A stretch of 63,706 bases of DNA, filler included, from Welwitschia mirabilis (GCA_051453625.1; 5 parts of one record of this genome joined end to end with filler, not necessarily neighbours in it), one strand, 5' to 3'; shown: positions 13,960-28,310, counted from the first letter of the whole stretch. A program made the numbers and translations. The notes: a model not told the origin generated them from the letters alone.

Positions 13960-15029
13960 TCTAGGTTAACCTAAATAATACTTATGTTAAGGGCTTACAA
14001 ATTTATAAGAATATAAATTCAATTATATCCTTAATAACCTTCCTTTATAATAATAATAAGGTTAACATTAATTCTAAGTAGCTATAACTATATCCCTAAT
14101 AATCTTAAACCTCATGAAATAAATTATATTCTTCATAATACTAGATTCCAAGATAATCCCAACTCCTAAATAAGCATGAATTAATTAAATAACCTAATAG
14201 TCATGAATCTATAATTTTCCTACTCCCTAAAATAGATGTCAAATCACATCTTGTCAATCTTAAAAATTATAAAGATTACACTGATGATGATCCTAACATC
14301 TTAATAATCCTATAAGTTGATTATATTTAGGATAGTTTTAAAGTGTTTATAAGGTTAACTATAACCTAAACCCCTAGATGATCATTATGTTAATCATATT
14401 TATGATAATTATAAGTTCCTAAACAGACCTAGAAGGATGACGATTCTAAGTTATTAAATATTCTATTAGCTTATAGATATAGATAATAATTACTTAGGAG
14501 AACTATAATTATCCTAAGAATTTAATACAATTACCTTATACGATTCCTTAAAGTGCTTAAATTTTTTCAAGAAACATAAATACATGAACTAATGCCTTAC
14601 AACTAGATACCCTTAAAAATAACTAATTCTCTAATTAAGTTATTCATCCCTGATTATATGATCATATAATGATAAAGTAAAATCCTACATTCATAACTTA
14701 TAAACCTGATATACCTTATCTATTTAAAATAAAGAAAGGAAATAAACAAGAATATGTACGTTAAGTTATAAATAAGGGTCAATTACCTAATAATAATAGT
14801 CATGTTCTTCTTAAGATCATAAAAATACTTCTAAGTGTAACCTTCAATAATATTTATCCTATTCTCAAATATAATCTTATAATAATTTTTACTTCTTTCA
14901 AATGTCTTATTGTTGTTTGTTAAACCTTGAGATTAGATTAGTTGCATTAACTAATTAACATCAAAAAAGTTTATAAGAGAGTTAGCAATCTAATTATTGA
15001 AATCAACCTTAATTCAATTTTAACCTAGA

Positions 15030-15401
15030 GGCGTTAATGAATGCATACATATATTTTCTATCAAAAATAGTAAATCATGGATAAAACCATAGGTAAACAA
15101 TGGTATCAATCAACATAAGGGAGTGGGTATGAAGAAACTAATTAAGACTTTTATTAAGCTAAACCCACCAAAGTTTATGGGAGGTTTAAACCCATTTAAA
15201 GTAGAAGCATAGATAATTGATGTTAAAAATGTTATAGGTATCTTAGGATGTGATGAAGATGAAAAGGTTTCTTTAGGCATTTATATATTATAAGGAGAAA
15301 CTAACTTGAGAAAAGATAAAAGTGATAAAGTTAAAAGATTTGAAACTTTCATAGAAGGAATTTAAGCACATCTTTAAGAAGAAGTATATTACCAAGTTCT
15401 A
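15030..15401 (+). pseudogene. gag N-terminal part of C (continues at ~38450)
   Basis: FIKLNPPKFMGGLNPFKVEA*I...ILGCDEDEKVSL...FKHIFKKKY, a typical Tekay gag pattern. Confidence 0.8.
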
Positions 15402-15449
15402 TATTNNNNNNNNNNNNNNNNNNNNNNNNNNNNNNNNNNNNNNNNNNNN

Positions 15450-15461
15450 TTAATTAATTAA
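15450..15461. other. Artificial scaffold spacer TTAATTAATTAA inside an N run (also at 44857-44868, 58702-58713, 62472-62483)
   Basis: The same 12-mer, with stops in all six frames, sits in the centre of four ~100 nt N runs. Confidence 0.95.
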
Positions 15462-15505
15462 NNNNNNNNNNNNNNNNNNNNNNNNNNNNNNNNNNNNNNN
15501 NNNNN

Positions 15506-15546
<41 letters not shown>

Positions 15547-15593
15547 GATTTATTTTGGATGTAATTTTTGCATAAATATGAATTACAACATCT

Positions 15594-15611
15594 TAGCACT
15601 ATTGTTGGGGA
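15594..15611 (+). promoter_or_regulatory. PBS of A (tRNA-Asp type, decayed)
   Basis: TAGCACTATTGTTGGGGA vs TGGCGCCGTTGCCGGGGA: six differences, all G->A or C->T. Confidence 0.75.
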
Positions 15612-16304
15612 AGGTTACTTAGAGTTTAAAAATTATCATTGCGTAGAGATCGAATCTTGATTTAAGTATTTATCTACAATAGCATTGTATTATTACAGTA
15701 TAAACTTAGGTTTTTCTTTTTCTTTCATTTTTCATTTTGCATTTTAAAATTAATGCCTTGTTATCCTCCTATTCATCCAGATGATGTATAGCAATGATGG
15801 CCTATGAAACTTAGGTTTTTTTATTTTTCATAATAACTAGGGTTTTCTTATCATTCCCTCTATTATCTAGATGACTTAACAGATGACTATCAATTTTCAT
15901 TCTCTCTTATTTCATGATCTATTTTTTTGTGTTTTTTATTTTCAATTTTTTTGGTATCTTCTATTATCCAGGTACATCATTTAGACAATCACAAAGATGA
16001 CATTTACAAGCATGGTGAAACATGAGAAACTCAAGTAAAAAGATAAAGTATTATAGAGATCGGCTATTAATCAAATAAAACATCTAAGAAGATTTAGTAA
16101 ACTATGAACTTAGTCTAGGTACATGCACCCCTAGGTATATAAAATATTCTAACAATTGAGAAAGAATATTTTTTGCATTTATTATTTTTGAATCTGACTT
16201 TTCCAAAGAAAATGTTTCCCAAAAAAGTTTAAAAGAAGATATTTTTATTACAATATTGAATTCTATGAAAAAAAAAATAAGTTACTTCATTTAATCCTTC
16301 TATC

Positions 16305-19300
16305 ATGATTGAAACATCTACTACCCCTATAAATCCAAATGCTAATGTAACTCATGAAAAATTAATTACAAATAAGAAGAATGAAATCCAAAATCCTTTT
16401 CACCTACCTTTTGATAATAATGTTAAGTTAAAAAATTTAAACATGTATCCTATTTTTAATGAAGAAAATGATGAAGATCCGCTCCAATATATAGCCAACA
16501 TCAAAAAATTAGTGCTTATTTTTAGAAATAGTAAAAAATGAATTAGTAATAATACTTATATGGTTATCTTTCCTATCACATTAAAAGGAAAAGCAAAATT
16601 ATGGTTAAGAACTATTTCACATAAAAGATTAAAACATGAAACCGAGTTTAAGAAGCCTTTATAAAGAGGTTTATGAGTGAAACAATAACAAGATAAATAA
16701 AGAAAGAGGTAACAAATTTTGAACAATAATCTAATAAAGCTTATACCTCCACTTACGAATGATTTTTCATTTCAATACATTCTAATCCTATAGATGCATT
16801 CACTCAAGAAGAATTAGTAGATGATTTCTATATTAGATTAATAGCCAAATTAAACAACTTGTAAATTTCTCATGTGAAGGAAATTTCATGAACCTCACAT
16901 TATAAAATTCATAATGATTATTAAAAGAACTAGTAAAAGTAAGTCAAATATGACCTAAACTAATACCTAAAGAAAATCATACTATAAGCCAAATCATTAC
17001 ATATCTTAAAAAAGTAAAATAAGAAAAGAAGAAAGTGAAAACCAAAAAAGAACTAACAAATTTAATTAAGTATTTTATGATGATGTTAGAAAAATACACT
17101 AAAATAATTTTAGATGTAAAAGTGGTAACTAAAAAGAGTGTGATTTCAACTTGTGATTTGTGTGAAGACAACTATCATGTGACTAAAGAATGTCCTTTAT
17201 TGCCAACTTATAAAGACAATATTTATGAAGAACTATATGCATTCAACCAAACTTCTTCAAATTTTAGAACCCAAAACCAAAATCAAAATTAAAACTAATT
17301 TCAATCTAGGATGAATGGACAACCTAATTTCAATCTTTTGAAAACAAATTCAAAAACATTTAAGAAAATCATCTAAATTTTCAACCATTCAAAAATAGAT
17401 TTGAGAATGCTAAATTTTAAAAAAACAACTCAAACTTCCAACCAAGTAACTCAAATTATCAAGCAAGAACATCAAATTCTTAAAATTAAAATGATCCACT
17501 TAGAAATTTCATTGATTAATTCTGAAAATCTTAAAAGAAAACAGATTCAAACATTGAAAATCTTGTTAATATTCTTCAATAAACTATGCTTGTAGATTAA
17601 TGATCACAAGGATCACTTGCAATACAACCTTCACCAAATCTTAATGAAGTAAGAAAAGATTGTAAGTTTATGATAAGAAGTGGAAATGAAACAATACCTC
17701 CTAACCATGAGGCTTTTACTTTACAAATGATAATAATGATAAAGAAGAAAAGGATATTGAAATATTAGAAAATTATATTTTTCCTTCTCCTTTAAGTAAT
17801 AAGCTTAACAAGAAAAATTATTCTTAATATAGAGGTAAGAAACATGTTATTCCTTGGCTTTATAGATTAAATACAATCATATTTTCTGTGACCATCTTAA
17901 AACCTTAATGCAAGATGTAAGCATAAATTTATTATTTTAGAAACTCTTGTAAGAAGTTCCCAAGCATTCTAAGTTATAGAAAGATCTAATGAGGAGGAAA
18001 TAAAAATGAACATACCTAATAAAGTCTTTCTAGTCCAATCTATAATCAACTTAGTTTTGTAAAAATGTTCAAAATTTAAGGATTAATGGGCAGCAACACC
18101 TAGTATTACATTAGAAAAAAAATAAAAAAATAAAAAAAGCCTTAATTGATATAGGAGAAAGTATTAACATTATGCCTTTACACCTTTGTCAATGACTTGG
18201 TTTGGAAAGTAGAATTGAGCCTATGCATATTATCTTAGAATTGATGGCTATAATAATGAAGAAATATTTAGAAATAATAAAACAATTGGTGATTCAAATT
18301 AAGAAAGAATTCTATCTAATAGATGTGGCTGTAATTAAAGTTGAGCATAATGGGGGTTATCCGCTACTTCTACATAGAGCATTTTATGAAAAAGTCCATT
18401 GTATTATTAATACAAGTACTAAAATGATGGAATGTCACTTAGAAAATAAAAAGTTTACCATTAGAGTTTTTTATACTACTGAAAAAGTTTTAGGTGATGA
18501 GTTGAATGTTGAAGGAGAAATTAGACCAACACTATTTTTATAGCATCATCTACTTGAAGAGAGGTGATTATTTCTTTATAAGTATATCTAGTATGATGAT
18601 CCACTTGAAGTAAAAAAATTGAAAACTTTAGATGATGATTAACTAAACTATGAGCATTTAGGAACTGATTGTTTTAATTAAGAGACTAAAGAAACTAAAA
18701 CTATAATCTATAAAGAAGTCCAACATCTAAAAACAACTAATATTTTACATTTTAAAGGACAATGTCCATCCTAGTCATCCAGATGATAGTTTAGGATAAC
18801 AGTCAATTCTCATAAGAAATTAAGAGAAATTGAAAATCTGAAACTAAATCTAAGACAAGTGGACTAAAATATATCTTTTTTTGTGATGATCAAAATAAAT
18901 TATTGATAATAAACAAGAATCTTTTCTCTCAATAAGAGTCAATTTTAATCTCACTTCTAAATTCTAAGGTTAATGTGTTTTCTTAGACTTATAGAGATTT
19001 AACAACCATTACTACTTTTATTGTTCAATTAAAAATATACCTTATGAATAATGTGAAACCTATTAGGTAACCCTAATGTAAAATAATTCCATCTTGTAAA
19101 GGATGCAAAAATTATTTATATCATATTTAATAATGAATGGATTAGTCTTTTGACAATAGTACCTAAGAAATATGAGAAGTGGATAATGTGTATTGATTTT
19201 AAAAAGCTAAATAAAGTAATGAAGAAATACCATTACCCTATACCTTTTATTAACCAAATACTTGATAAAATCTAAGGACATGTCTTTTATTACTTTTTTG

Positions 19301-21680
19301 ATGGGTATAGGAGTTACAATCAGGTTTGTATCATTAATCAGGATCAAGCTAAAATAACTTTTACTTCACTTTTAGAACATTTACCTTTATATTACTTCCT
19401 TTTAGAATTTATAATGCTCATGCTACTTTTTAGCATGTAATAATGGATATCATTTTTGATATGTTAGAGGATTAAATTAAAATTTTTATGGATGACTTCT
19501 CAATCTTTGATGAAAACTTTAAACAAATCTTAAAAAGGTTAGAGAAAGTCCTTTATAGATGCATTAAGAGTAATCTATGTTTGAGTTAGGATACTAATTT
19601 CTTTTTAGTTGATAATGGAATTGTCTTAGATCATCATATTTCTAGTAAAGGAACTAGGATGGACCCTAAAAAAGTAAGTATCATTAAAAATCTAACTACG
19701 CTAACAAATGTGAAACAAGTTTGATCTTTTCTTGGTCATTGTGATTTTTATCATCATTTTATTTAAGATTATGCTAAAATTAATAAACCCCTTTACTTAT
19801 TATTTGAAAAGAATATAAATTCAAATGGAATCAATCTTGTTAGCTTACTTTTAAAATACTTAAAAATAAAATCTCTTCTACACCTATTATAACAGAACCT
19901 ATTTAGAATAAATATTTTGATTTAATGTGTAATGCTAGTAATATTTTCATGGATGGGATTCTTAAAAAAAGTTATGAAAATGATTTTAAAGTTATATCTT
20001 AGCATAGTAAAACTTTTATCTAAATCTCAAACAAATTATACTACTATTAAGAAAGAAATATTAGTAGTAATCATTTGCCTTAATATACTTAGATACTATC
20101 TTTTAGTCTTTTATGTAAATGTTTATGCAAACTATGTAGCTATTATATACCTCATAACCAAGAAAGATTCTGGTACCAGAATCATTAGATGGATCCTCCT
20201 CATGCAAGAATTAAATCTTACCATTATTAATAAAGTAAAAAAATATAATAATATAGCAAATCATTTGTTATGTCTTTATTCTTCTCTTAATGATCTTATG
20301 ATTGATAATTTTTTTTTTGAATAAATGACATTTTACCATATCTTCTACTCATTCTCCTCTTTAGTATGCTAACATAGTTATTATCTTGTTAACATGAAAA
20401 TACCACAACATTGGACTCATAATTAAAGAAAATATTTTCTCCATAGAATAGATGATTATGAATGAATTAAACCATATCTTTATCATAGGTGCAAAGATTA
20501 AATCATGAGAAAATGTGTGCCCAAATGGGGAAAATCAAACATCCTTTATCTTTGCCATTTTGATGTTTGTGGAACTGGATAGAAAATAGCAATAAAAATT
20601 CTTTACTCTAGTTTTTATTAGCCTAGTCATTTTTAGGACTCTTTTGATTTTGTTATAAGGTATGATGCTTGTCAACATTATGACAGTCTTATTCATTTTC
20701 ATGAGATGCTTCTTAAACCTATTCTTGAATGTGAACCTTTTAATTATTAGGGAATTGATTTTATAAACCCTATTAAATCATCTTCTATTAATAAGAACAA
20801 TATATTAGTGGTTGTTGATTATGTTACTAAATAGGTTAAAGCTATTCCTACGATTATGAATGATGTCTAAACTATTTATATTTTGGTTAAAACTCATATT
20901 TCTCAATGTTTTGGTTTTTCTAGAATTATCATTAGTGATTAAAGAACTTATTTTATTAATTAACATTTTAAGAAAATTATTTTATCTATTAAATTTAAAC
21001 ATAAAGTAGCTTGTTCTTATCATTTATAAATCAATGGTCAAGATAAAAATGCAAATAGATAAAAAAAAATGCTTTAAAAAATTGTCTCTACTAATAAAAA
21101 ATCTTAGGCTTTTAATACTAATGATGTTCTTTGGATTTACCATACTACTTAGTGTAATTCTCTTGGTTTTTCATCTTATGAACTTGTGTACATAAAATTT
21201 TATGTTTTATCAATTGATGTATGTTATAAATCTTATCGTTCTTCTCATTAACTTAATCTTGTAAACCTTTATAAAATAAATAAAAATATATTATTCCATC
21301 TTAATCAATTAGATGAAAAATGTGCTTATGCTCTATATCATCAACTCATTCACAAAGCCCAAGCTAAGTTCAAACATGATAGAAAGTTACTTTATAAAAA
21401 GTTTAAGCCTACTTAACTTATTATTTTATAGAACATTAAAGTACATTATTTACAAAATAGGTTTTTCTCTAAATGGTTAGGTCCTTATCTCATAGAGAAA
21501 GTATATTCTACTAGCTCTATTGAGATTTTCAACTTATACAATAAGAATATTTAGAAAGTTAATAGACAAAGGTTAAAAATATATTAAAAAAAACCTTTTA
21601 ATGCAAAATTGAACATGATAGAAGCAATTTTTTTGGAGGTCTTTATTGATGTAAAGGACTTTCTTTCTACCATTATCTGA
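16305..21680 (+). pseudogene. gag-pol pseudogene of A
   Basis: EDPLQYI, FPITLKGKAKLW, CDLCEDNYHVTKECP, LIDIGESINIMP, WISLLTIVPKK..WIMCIDFKKLN, IFMDDF, NYTTIKKEIL, RWILLMQE, integrase GIDF. Many stops and frameshifts. Confidence 0.9.
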
Positions 21681-24600
21681 AGTATTTCTTAGTGTATTCA
21701 TTTGGTAAATGCTATAATATTACTTAATCATTTAACTTGAGTTATGTATTTTCTTTTGGAAGTTTCTATGACTAGTATTTGTAATTAGGCATTTTTATAG
21801 TGATAAATTAGATTCGCCTAATCTTAAGACATTTACATATCTATAAACTTCACTTTAAAGGAATATGCCTTAGTTCTTGTGCTTTTTTTTCAATGGTATA
21901 AGGTCTTTAATTGTTTATGTATATTCTTTTGTATTTTTCATCTTATTTCTTTACCTTTTATATTTTTGAGTATGTGATCATGTAAGAATTATTTTTTATG
22001 GAAAAAAATAGAGAGAGGAGAAAGAGAGAGGAAAAAAGAATAATAACCATGATCTATTGTATCTATTCTAAAATATATTATCACCATGATATCCTACTGC
22101 ACTAAGGTAAATTTTTTTGAAAGGAATCTTTGGCAGTCTCGATAGCTATGGAAACTTCATTTGGGAGTTATTTGTCTATGCTTCATAGGTCCTTACTTCT
22201 CTGACTATGGCTCTACTCCCCTAATCATGAAAAGTAATAATAAAAATTTAAGGCTATGGGATCGATGATGTTCCTAGTGTAATTAGAGGCATTACTTTTT
22301 TTCTAAATTCTGAGTATCCTCACATGATCATTTTACTTTGAAGGATTTGGGTGTGTTTTAAGATGTGAGTAGGTAAGTTCATTTTTGAGCAACTTTTGAT
22401 CTTATCATTTATTATTTTAAGAACTTAATCTGTGTTATCATTATAATCACTACCTTTTCAAGTGTCACTTTATGAAGTTGATAAATTTTGATATGCATCT
22501 TTTCTCAAATGGCTTTATGATGTTTTTAGAGGGGGTTTACTAGGTTTAGAATAGGTGAGCTATTTTCTTCATAGTCCTTATATTTGTTTTCATTATGTTT
22601 TTCTTTGGTTTTTTTAGTTTATTCTTTCAAAGTTATTTCCATACTTTTTCATCATTATTTAGCAGAAATTATCATTCATTAGTTTTTTAATTATCATTTT
22701 TATTTTCACTCATGTTGTTTTATCAATAAAAATTTCACTTTCTTTTAGCATTTTAATTAGATTATCTTCTCTTATTTTTAGATGAATTCATCATGATTTG
22801 ATGAGATTTCTTTGAATCTTTTTAAGTTCTACATATCTTCTTTATTATTTTNNNNNNNNNNNNNNNNNNNNNNNNNNNNNNNNNNNNNNNNNNNNNNNNN
22901 NNNNNNNNNNNNNNNNNNNNNNNNNNNNNNNNNNNNNNNNNNNNNNNNNNNNNNNNNNNNNNNNNNNNNNNNNNNNNNNNNNNNNNNNNNNNNNNNNNNN
23001 NNNNNNNNNNNNNNNNNNNNNNNNNNNNNNNNNNNNNNNNNNNNNNNNNNNNNNNNNNNNNNNNNNNNNNNNNNNNNNNNNNNNNNNNNNNNNNNNNNNN
23101 NNNNNNNNNNNNNNNNNNNNNNNNNNNNNNNNNNNNNNNNNNNNNNNNNNNNNNNNNNNNNNNNNNNNNNNNNNNNNNNNNNNNNNNNNNNNNNNNNNNN
23201 NNNNNNNNNNNNNNNNNNNNNNNNNNNNNNNNNNNNNNNNNNNNNNNNNNNNNNNNNNNNNNNNNNNNNNNNNNNNNNNNNNNNNNNNNNNNNNNNNNNN
23301 NNNNNNNNNNNNNNNNNNNNNNNNNNNNNNNNNNNNNNNNNNNNNNNNNNNNNNNNNNNNNNNNNNNNNNNNNNNNNNNNNNNNNNNNNNNNNNNNNNNN
23401 NNNNNNNNNNNNNNNNNNNNNNNNNNNNNNNNNNNNNNNNNNNNNNNNNNNNNNNNNNNNNNNNNNNNNNNNNNNNNNNNNNNNNNNNNNNNNNNNNNNN
23501 NNTTTAAGTTCTACATATCTTCTTGATTATTTTCTAATTTAAATGCATTTATTTAGTTTTCTTTATCAAGCATCATCCTAGTTAGTGCATTATTATTACC
23601 CTATTTTTTGATTCCTTTGAGTTTTTCACGTTATTCTCACTCATTACAACTCTTTACCATTCCTATTTTGTGAGTCTTATGATAGATTTTGATGCTCTTA
23701 GGTTGATATCTAAGCCTAATTTATTTGGATAACATCTTTGTTTTTCTAAAACTTTTTAAAGTTTTGTCATCCACTAGGTTATCTAGATGACATGGAGGAC
23801 AATATTTGAAATTTTTCTGAGAGTCATCCTAGGACTATTGCTTAAATAATATGAATGAATGATAGCGTAATAAAACCATGGCTTCATTTCTTTTCTCTTA
23901 TTTTTCTTCTATTCTGTATCATTTTCATCTATTCCTCTAAGAGACAATAATCACTCTAATCCCTACCCAAGTTTTAAAACTTTTCCCTATTAGATTAGTT
24001 CTTTGAATTATGAATTTTAAAAACAAAGATTTAAAATGAGGTATGTTTTTCTCTCCCTTATTATTTTTATTTTTTTTCATTTTTAAACCTTTTAACATGT
24101 AGTTTTCACATATATCATTTACTGTTTCATGCTTTTCAATTTGGTACTTACAAATCTAATTTTCATCACGTTTTTTATGAGATATCTCAAATTATGCATT
24201 TTATGAGGTATAATTAGGTTATTAATTTTAACCCTCACTTTCTCAAAAACTATAAGTTAAAACATAGTTTTCCTTTAGGGAAAATTAATTAGTATGATGG
24301 GCTCTATAATTCTGCTAGATTAGAGTTTTGATTTAAGCACTTTTTTTTTAAACCTTATGTGCTCATGTTTTACATTTTTTTTTTGCACAATTAGGCAATG
24401 TAGTATGTATTGATACTCTTAATAAGGGGGAAGTTAGGACATATTTTTATGATTTTTACACATTAAAAATGAATTTATGTGATCATTCTGAGCTTTCATG
24501 AAACACATTTTAGCTATCTCCACCTGATCTAACATGATGTGTTTCATGTTTATTACTAATTAATCCATGCATACATAGAGTGAAATAGGTCAAGGTAAAG

Positions 24601-25536
24601 GCAAAGGAAGTAGAGTAGGAGATGGGCTCATTGGTACCACCAAAGGTTGAGCAGGTAGAGCCAGTCCATCTTCCACCTTGTTAGGCTAGTTCTTTCTCAA
24701 TTCAGATAGACATCATTCATGTAAAGAGATATATTGGGAATTTCATAAGTCATTTAGAGCTAGATATGAATTAGAAAATGAAAGATCTACAACTATAATG
24801 GATTATAAATGCATAAGGGACATATTACATCTTGGACACTAGAAAATTTTACAATATCATACACATAGAGAGGCATTTTGATGCTCATAACCAAGTTATT
24901 AATATGATTGTAGCTACCATTCATAGCCATGAAATAGTAATTCTTATAAATTACATTACTATTATTACTAATTTCGATGGTACTAAGAGTACACATATCC
25001 ATTTATGTAGTGGTACAGAGTATGTCGTGCTTATGGTATAGCATTAGATATTCTAGTTGACTTGAATATTGATAGGCGAGGAGCTTTGGTGATACAATTA
25101 TCACCTACCTATTGGATTTTCCATAGAGGGCTAATTCATAACATTAGATCATCATTCCACTTTAATCCTGCTATATTAGTACACCTCCATATGCTTGTAA
25201 TATTCAAGCAGAGGGAGCAAATAAATCTACTAACCTTCATTTAGAGGAGAATCAAGAGTCTGATCGAGGCATGATAGTTATAGATTCAAGGATATCCTTG
25301 CCTTCTCTTAGCTATGTTCAAATGCTTCGATATATCTAATCCTATGGGCAAGTAGAGACTTACATCTATTTATCCTTAGCTCATTACCCATAAAACATGG
25401 ACATTTAGATACTAAGAGAGGTAAAGAGACCTCAGGTACAGAGAGTGATGGTTAGCATTATTATTAAGTAGATTCAAGCTTTCCTATCAAAGATGACATA
25501 AAGAATTAGAAAGATGGTAGACTAAGCCATTATCAC

Positions 25537-26775
25537 TAATTCACTACCAAATTATATGTATTTTATGAGGTGTTATGAGTTATTTTATGGGCCATTTATA
25601 CAAGTTGAAATGCAATTCTAAGGATTATGAAGAATTTATAGATGATCTCAAAAATATGCAATTATTGGCATGTTCAGAGGTATTTAAAGCATATTATGGT
25701 ACATCATGCCTTGAAAGAAAATCACTAATGAAAAATGCTAACTTCTTTTGAGTTTAACAGATAAAGAAAACTATCATCCCCTTTGTCATCCCCACAACAG
25801 GCAAGACAACAACACTATATAAACCACATAGGAATGCTGATGTAGACTAGAGTCAGTACTACTAAAGTTATCTTTTCTAAAGGGGTGTTATCTCTATGGT
25901 TATCTCATGCCATGCAGGACAATTAATGTAACATTTATGCCATTATCCCCATGGTTGTTACCATGATAGACATGACAACACCTGTAATAGCTAGCCGACC
26001 TTTATCTATTTCATCCATTTCTTTCTTAGAATTGAGCACATTTTGTAGAGCATTTTCTGTGATGGTTTTGCCTCAGTAGCCCTATAAATAAGACCATCCT
26101 TTGACTCTCCTATTCATCTTTGTTTAAACTATACATTCTCATGATAGAAGATTGAAGAATGATAGATCCATCTTATGAGTTACAGAAAGACATTTTCTTG
26201 GTGTTTGGTTGTGCATCCTCCATTGAGGTGCGATTATTTTGTAATCAAAATGATAGTTTGATTACCAATACAAAACTCTATTTTTTTTAATACTATTTAA
26301 TTTCCCTTATGATTTATGTTGTTCTTGATTCGATAATACTCTCATTAATGATATAGGTCATAAGGGAAACCTATGTTAAGGTTGACAAAAATAGTTTAGA
26401 TTCATTTTGCATTATACTTATTTAACTTAGTTGATAGCCTAAGTTATTCTTAGTTAGTAATAGTCTCCTTGGTAGATTTAGATTACACATGACTAATCCT
26501 CCTGACAAGTTGATTCTATAATCAAATAGTTATTCATTAATATTAAGTCATATTTCCATTGCATTGCGTAATCATTTTCCTACATTGTTCCTAAGTTTTA
26601 GATATTATAGTCTCTTTGGAAATTAATTCTCCTTCTTCTTTCAAAAGATTTTATTGGGTTTATGACATTTGAGTCACTCCAATTTATACTAGAGTGTCAT
26701 ATTTTTTAATATATATATATATATATTAACAGGATTTGAGTAAGACAAGAAGTTGTAAAAATACACATCACAACA
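25537..26775 (+). repeat. 5' LTR of B
   Basis: Collinear with 35177-36405; CCTATAAATA at ~26081; ends CACAACA before the PBS. Confidence 0.92.
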
Positions 26776-26778
26776 TCT

Positions 26779-26796
26779 TGGCACCATTACCAGAGA
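26779..26796 (+). promoter_or_regulatory. PBS of B (tRNA-Asp type, decayed)
   Basis: TGGCACCATTACCAGAGA vs TGGCGCCGTTGCCGGGGA: five differences, all G->A. Confidence 0.85.
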
Positions 26797-28310
26797 AGGC
26801 TGCTGACGATTATAAGGATTATCATTTCCTACATGAGTAAATTAGATTTTAGTTTAAATAGTTAGTCATAGAAACATTGTATTTTTATTTAGTATTTATA
26901 GGTTTTTAGTTTGCAATTTTTTGTTTTTTTAGTCTACAATAATAGTCTGTCATCCTCTCTGTCATCCCCAAAACATTGAGAATAATGACATAGATTTATT
27001 AGTTTATTTTTATTCTATAAATTTTCTTTTTTATTTCTCTACTTGTCATTTCTTCTATTGTCCCCATGATAAGGTGTATGACAATCTTTATTTTTATTTT
27101 TATCTTTTAGCTTTCTACTAAATTTTTGTTTTCTATTTCTTCTTTCTATTTTCATCTTTTTTTTATCATCTCCATGATAGTCAGGATGACTATTAGTTAT
27201 TTTTTATTTCATTTTCTATTATTTTATANNNNNNNNNNNNNNNNNNNNNNNNNNNNNNNNNNNNNNNNNNNNNNNNNNNNNNNNNNNNNNNNNNNNNNNN
27301 NNNNNNNNNNNNNNNNNNNNNNNNNNNNATTGACTTACGTATTTATTTCTTTCATTGGTTCTTAAGTTTTAGTTATCATATTCTCTTCAAAAATCAATTC
27401 TCATTCTTCTCTTACAAGTCTTCAATAGGTTACGACATTTGAGTCACTTCCATTTATACTAGAATGTGTATTTTGCAATCTATATATTTTAGTTAATAGG
27501 ATTCGAAGTAATATGTAAACTTGCAAAAATACATATCATAACATCTGAACAACATTATTGAGGAAGGCAGCTAAGGAGCACAAGGATTATCATTGTTCAG
27601 GTAAGTAAATCAAATTTCCATTCGGTTATTTATTTGTAGCGACCTTGTATTTTTGATTAGGAACTATAGGTTTTTTTATTCAGAGTTTTTTTTTTTGATT
27701 TTTGATAGACCATAATAACAATTGTCATCTTCTATGTCATCCCCATGACACTGGACATGACTTAATTTATATCTATGAGTTTTCTATTAGTTTTCTTTTG
27801 GTTTATGTTTCTTATCATCTTGTTTATTATCTCGATGACGAGATGGATAATGACTCTTATTCTATTTTTAAATTTTTATTTTTGAATTACAATTTTCTAT
27901 TAGTATAATAATAATTAGTTTCTATCATCTCCTATGTCATCCACATGATAAGAAGGATGATAGTCTATGTGTATTTTTGGCTTTTGGCTTTCTACACTGC
28001 TAAATTCCTATGTTTTCTCATTCCCTCAATCATTTCCATGATAGTAAGGATGACTATTAGTTATTTTTTATTTCATTTTCTATTATTTTATATTTGTAGG
28101 ATGTTGTGACATGATCAATATAGGGGAAAAAATATTAGAGAGAAATGCTAGTAACAAAGAAAAACATTAGAGAAGGAGTAGTCACCTTTAAAATAGAATC
28201 AGGAACAAAATCTTTAGGTGCATATGATATTCCATTTGAGTTCATTTTTTCTAAATCCAAATCCATGAAAGATAATTTTTAGAAGAGAATTTAGAAAAGA
28301 TAATTCTACT

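Noticed and set aside
15450..15461. Recurrent palindrome TTAATTAATTAA as a biological repeat
   Set aside because: It always sits in the centre of N runs; it is a six-frame-stop scaffolding linker.
22812..23535. Short duplications at gap edges (22820-22851 vs 23503-23533; also 59237-59272 vs 59932-59968)
   Set aside because: Near-identical overlaps at contig ends indicate overestimated gaps, not real repeats.
26945..28055. Spaced GTCATC..GATGAC repeats as a CRISPR-like array
   Set aside because: Irregular spacing, degenerate units, eukaryotic retroelement context and no cas genes.
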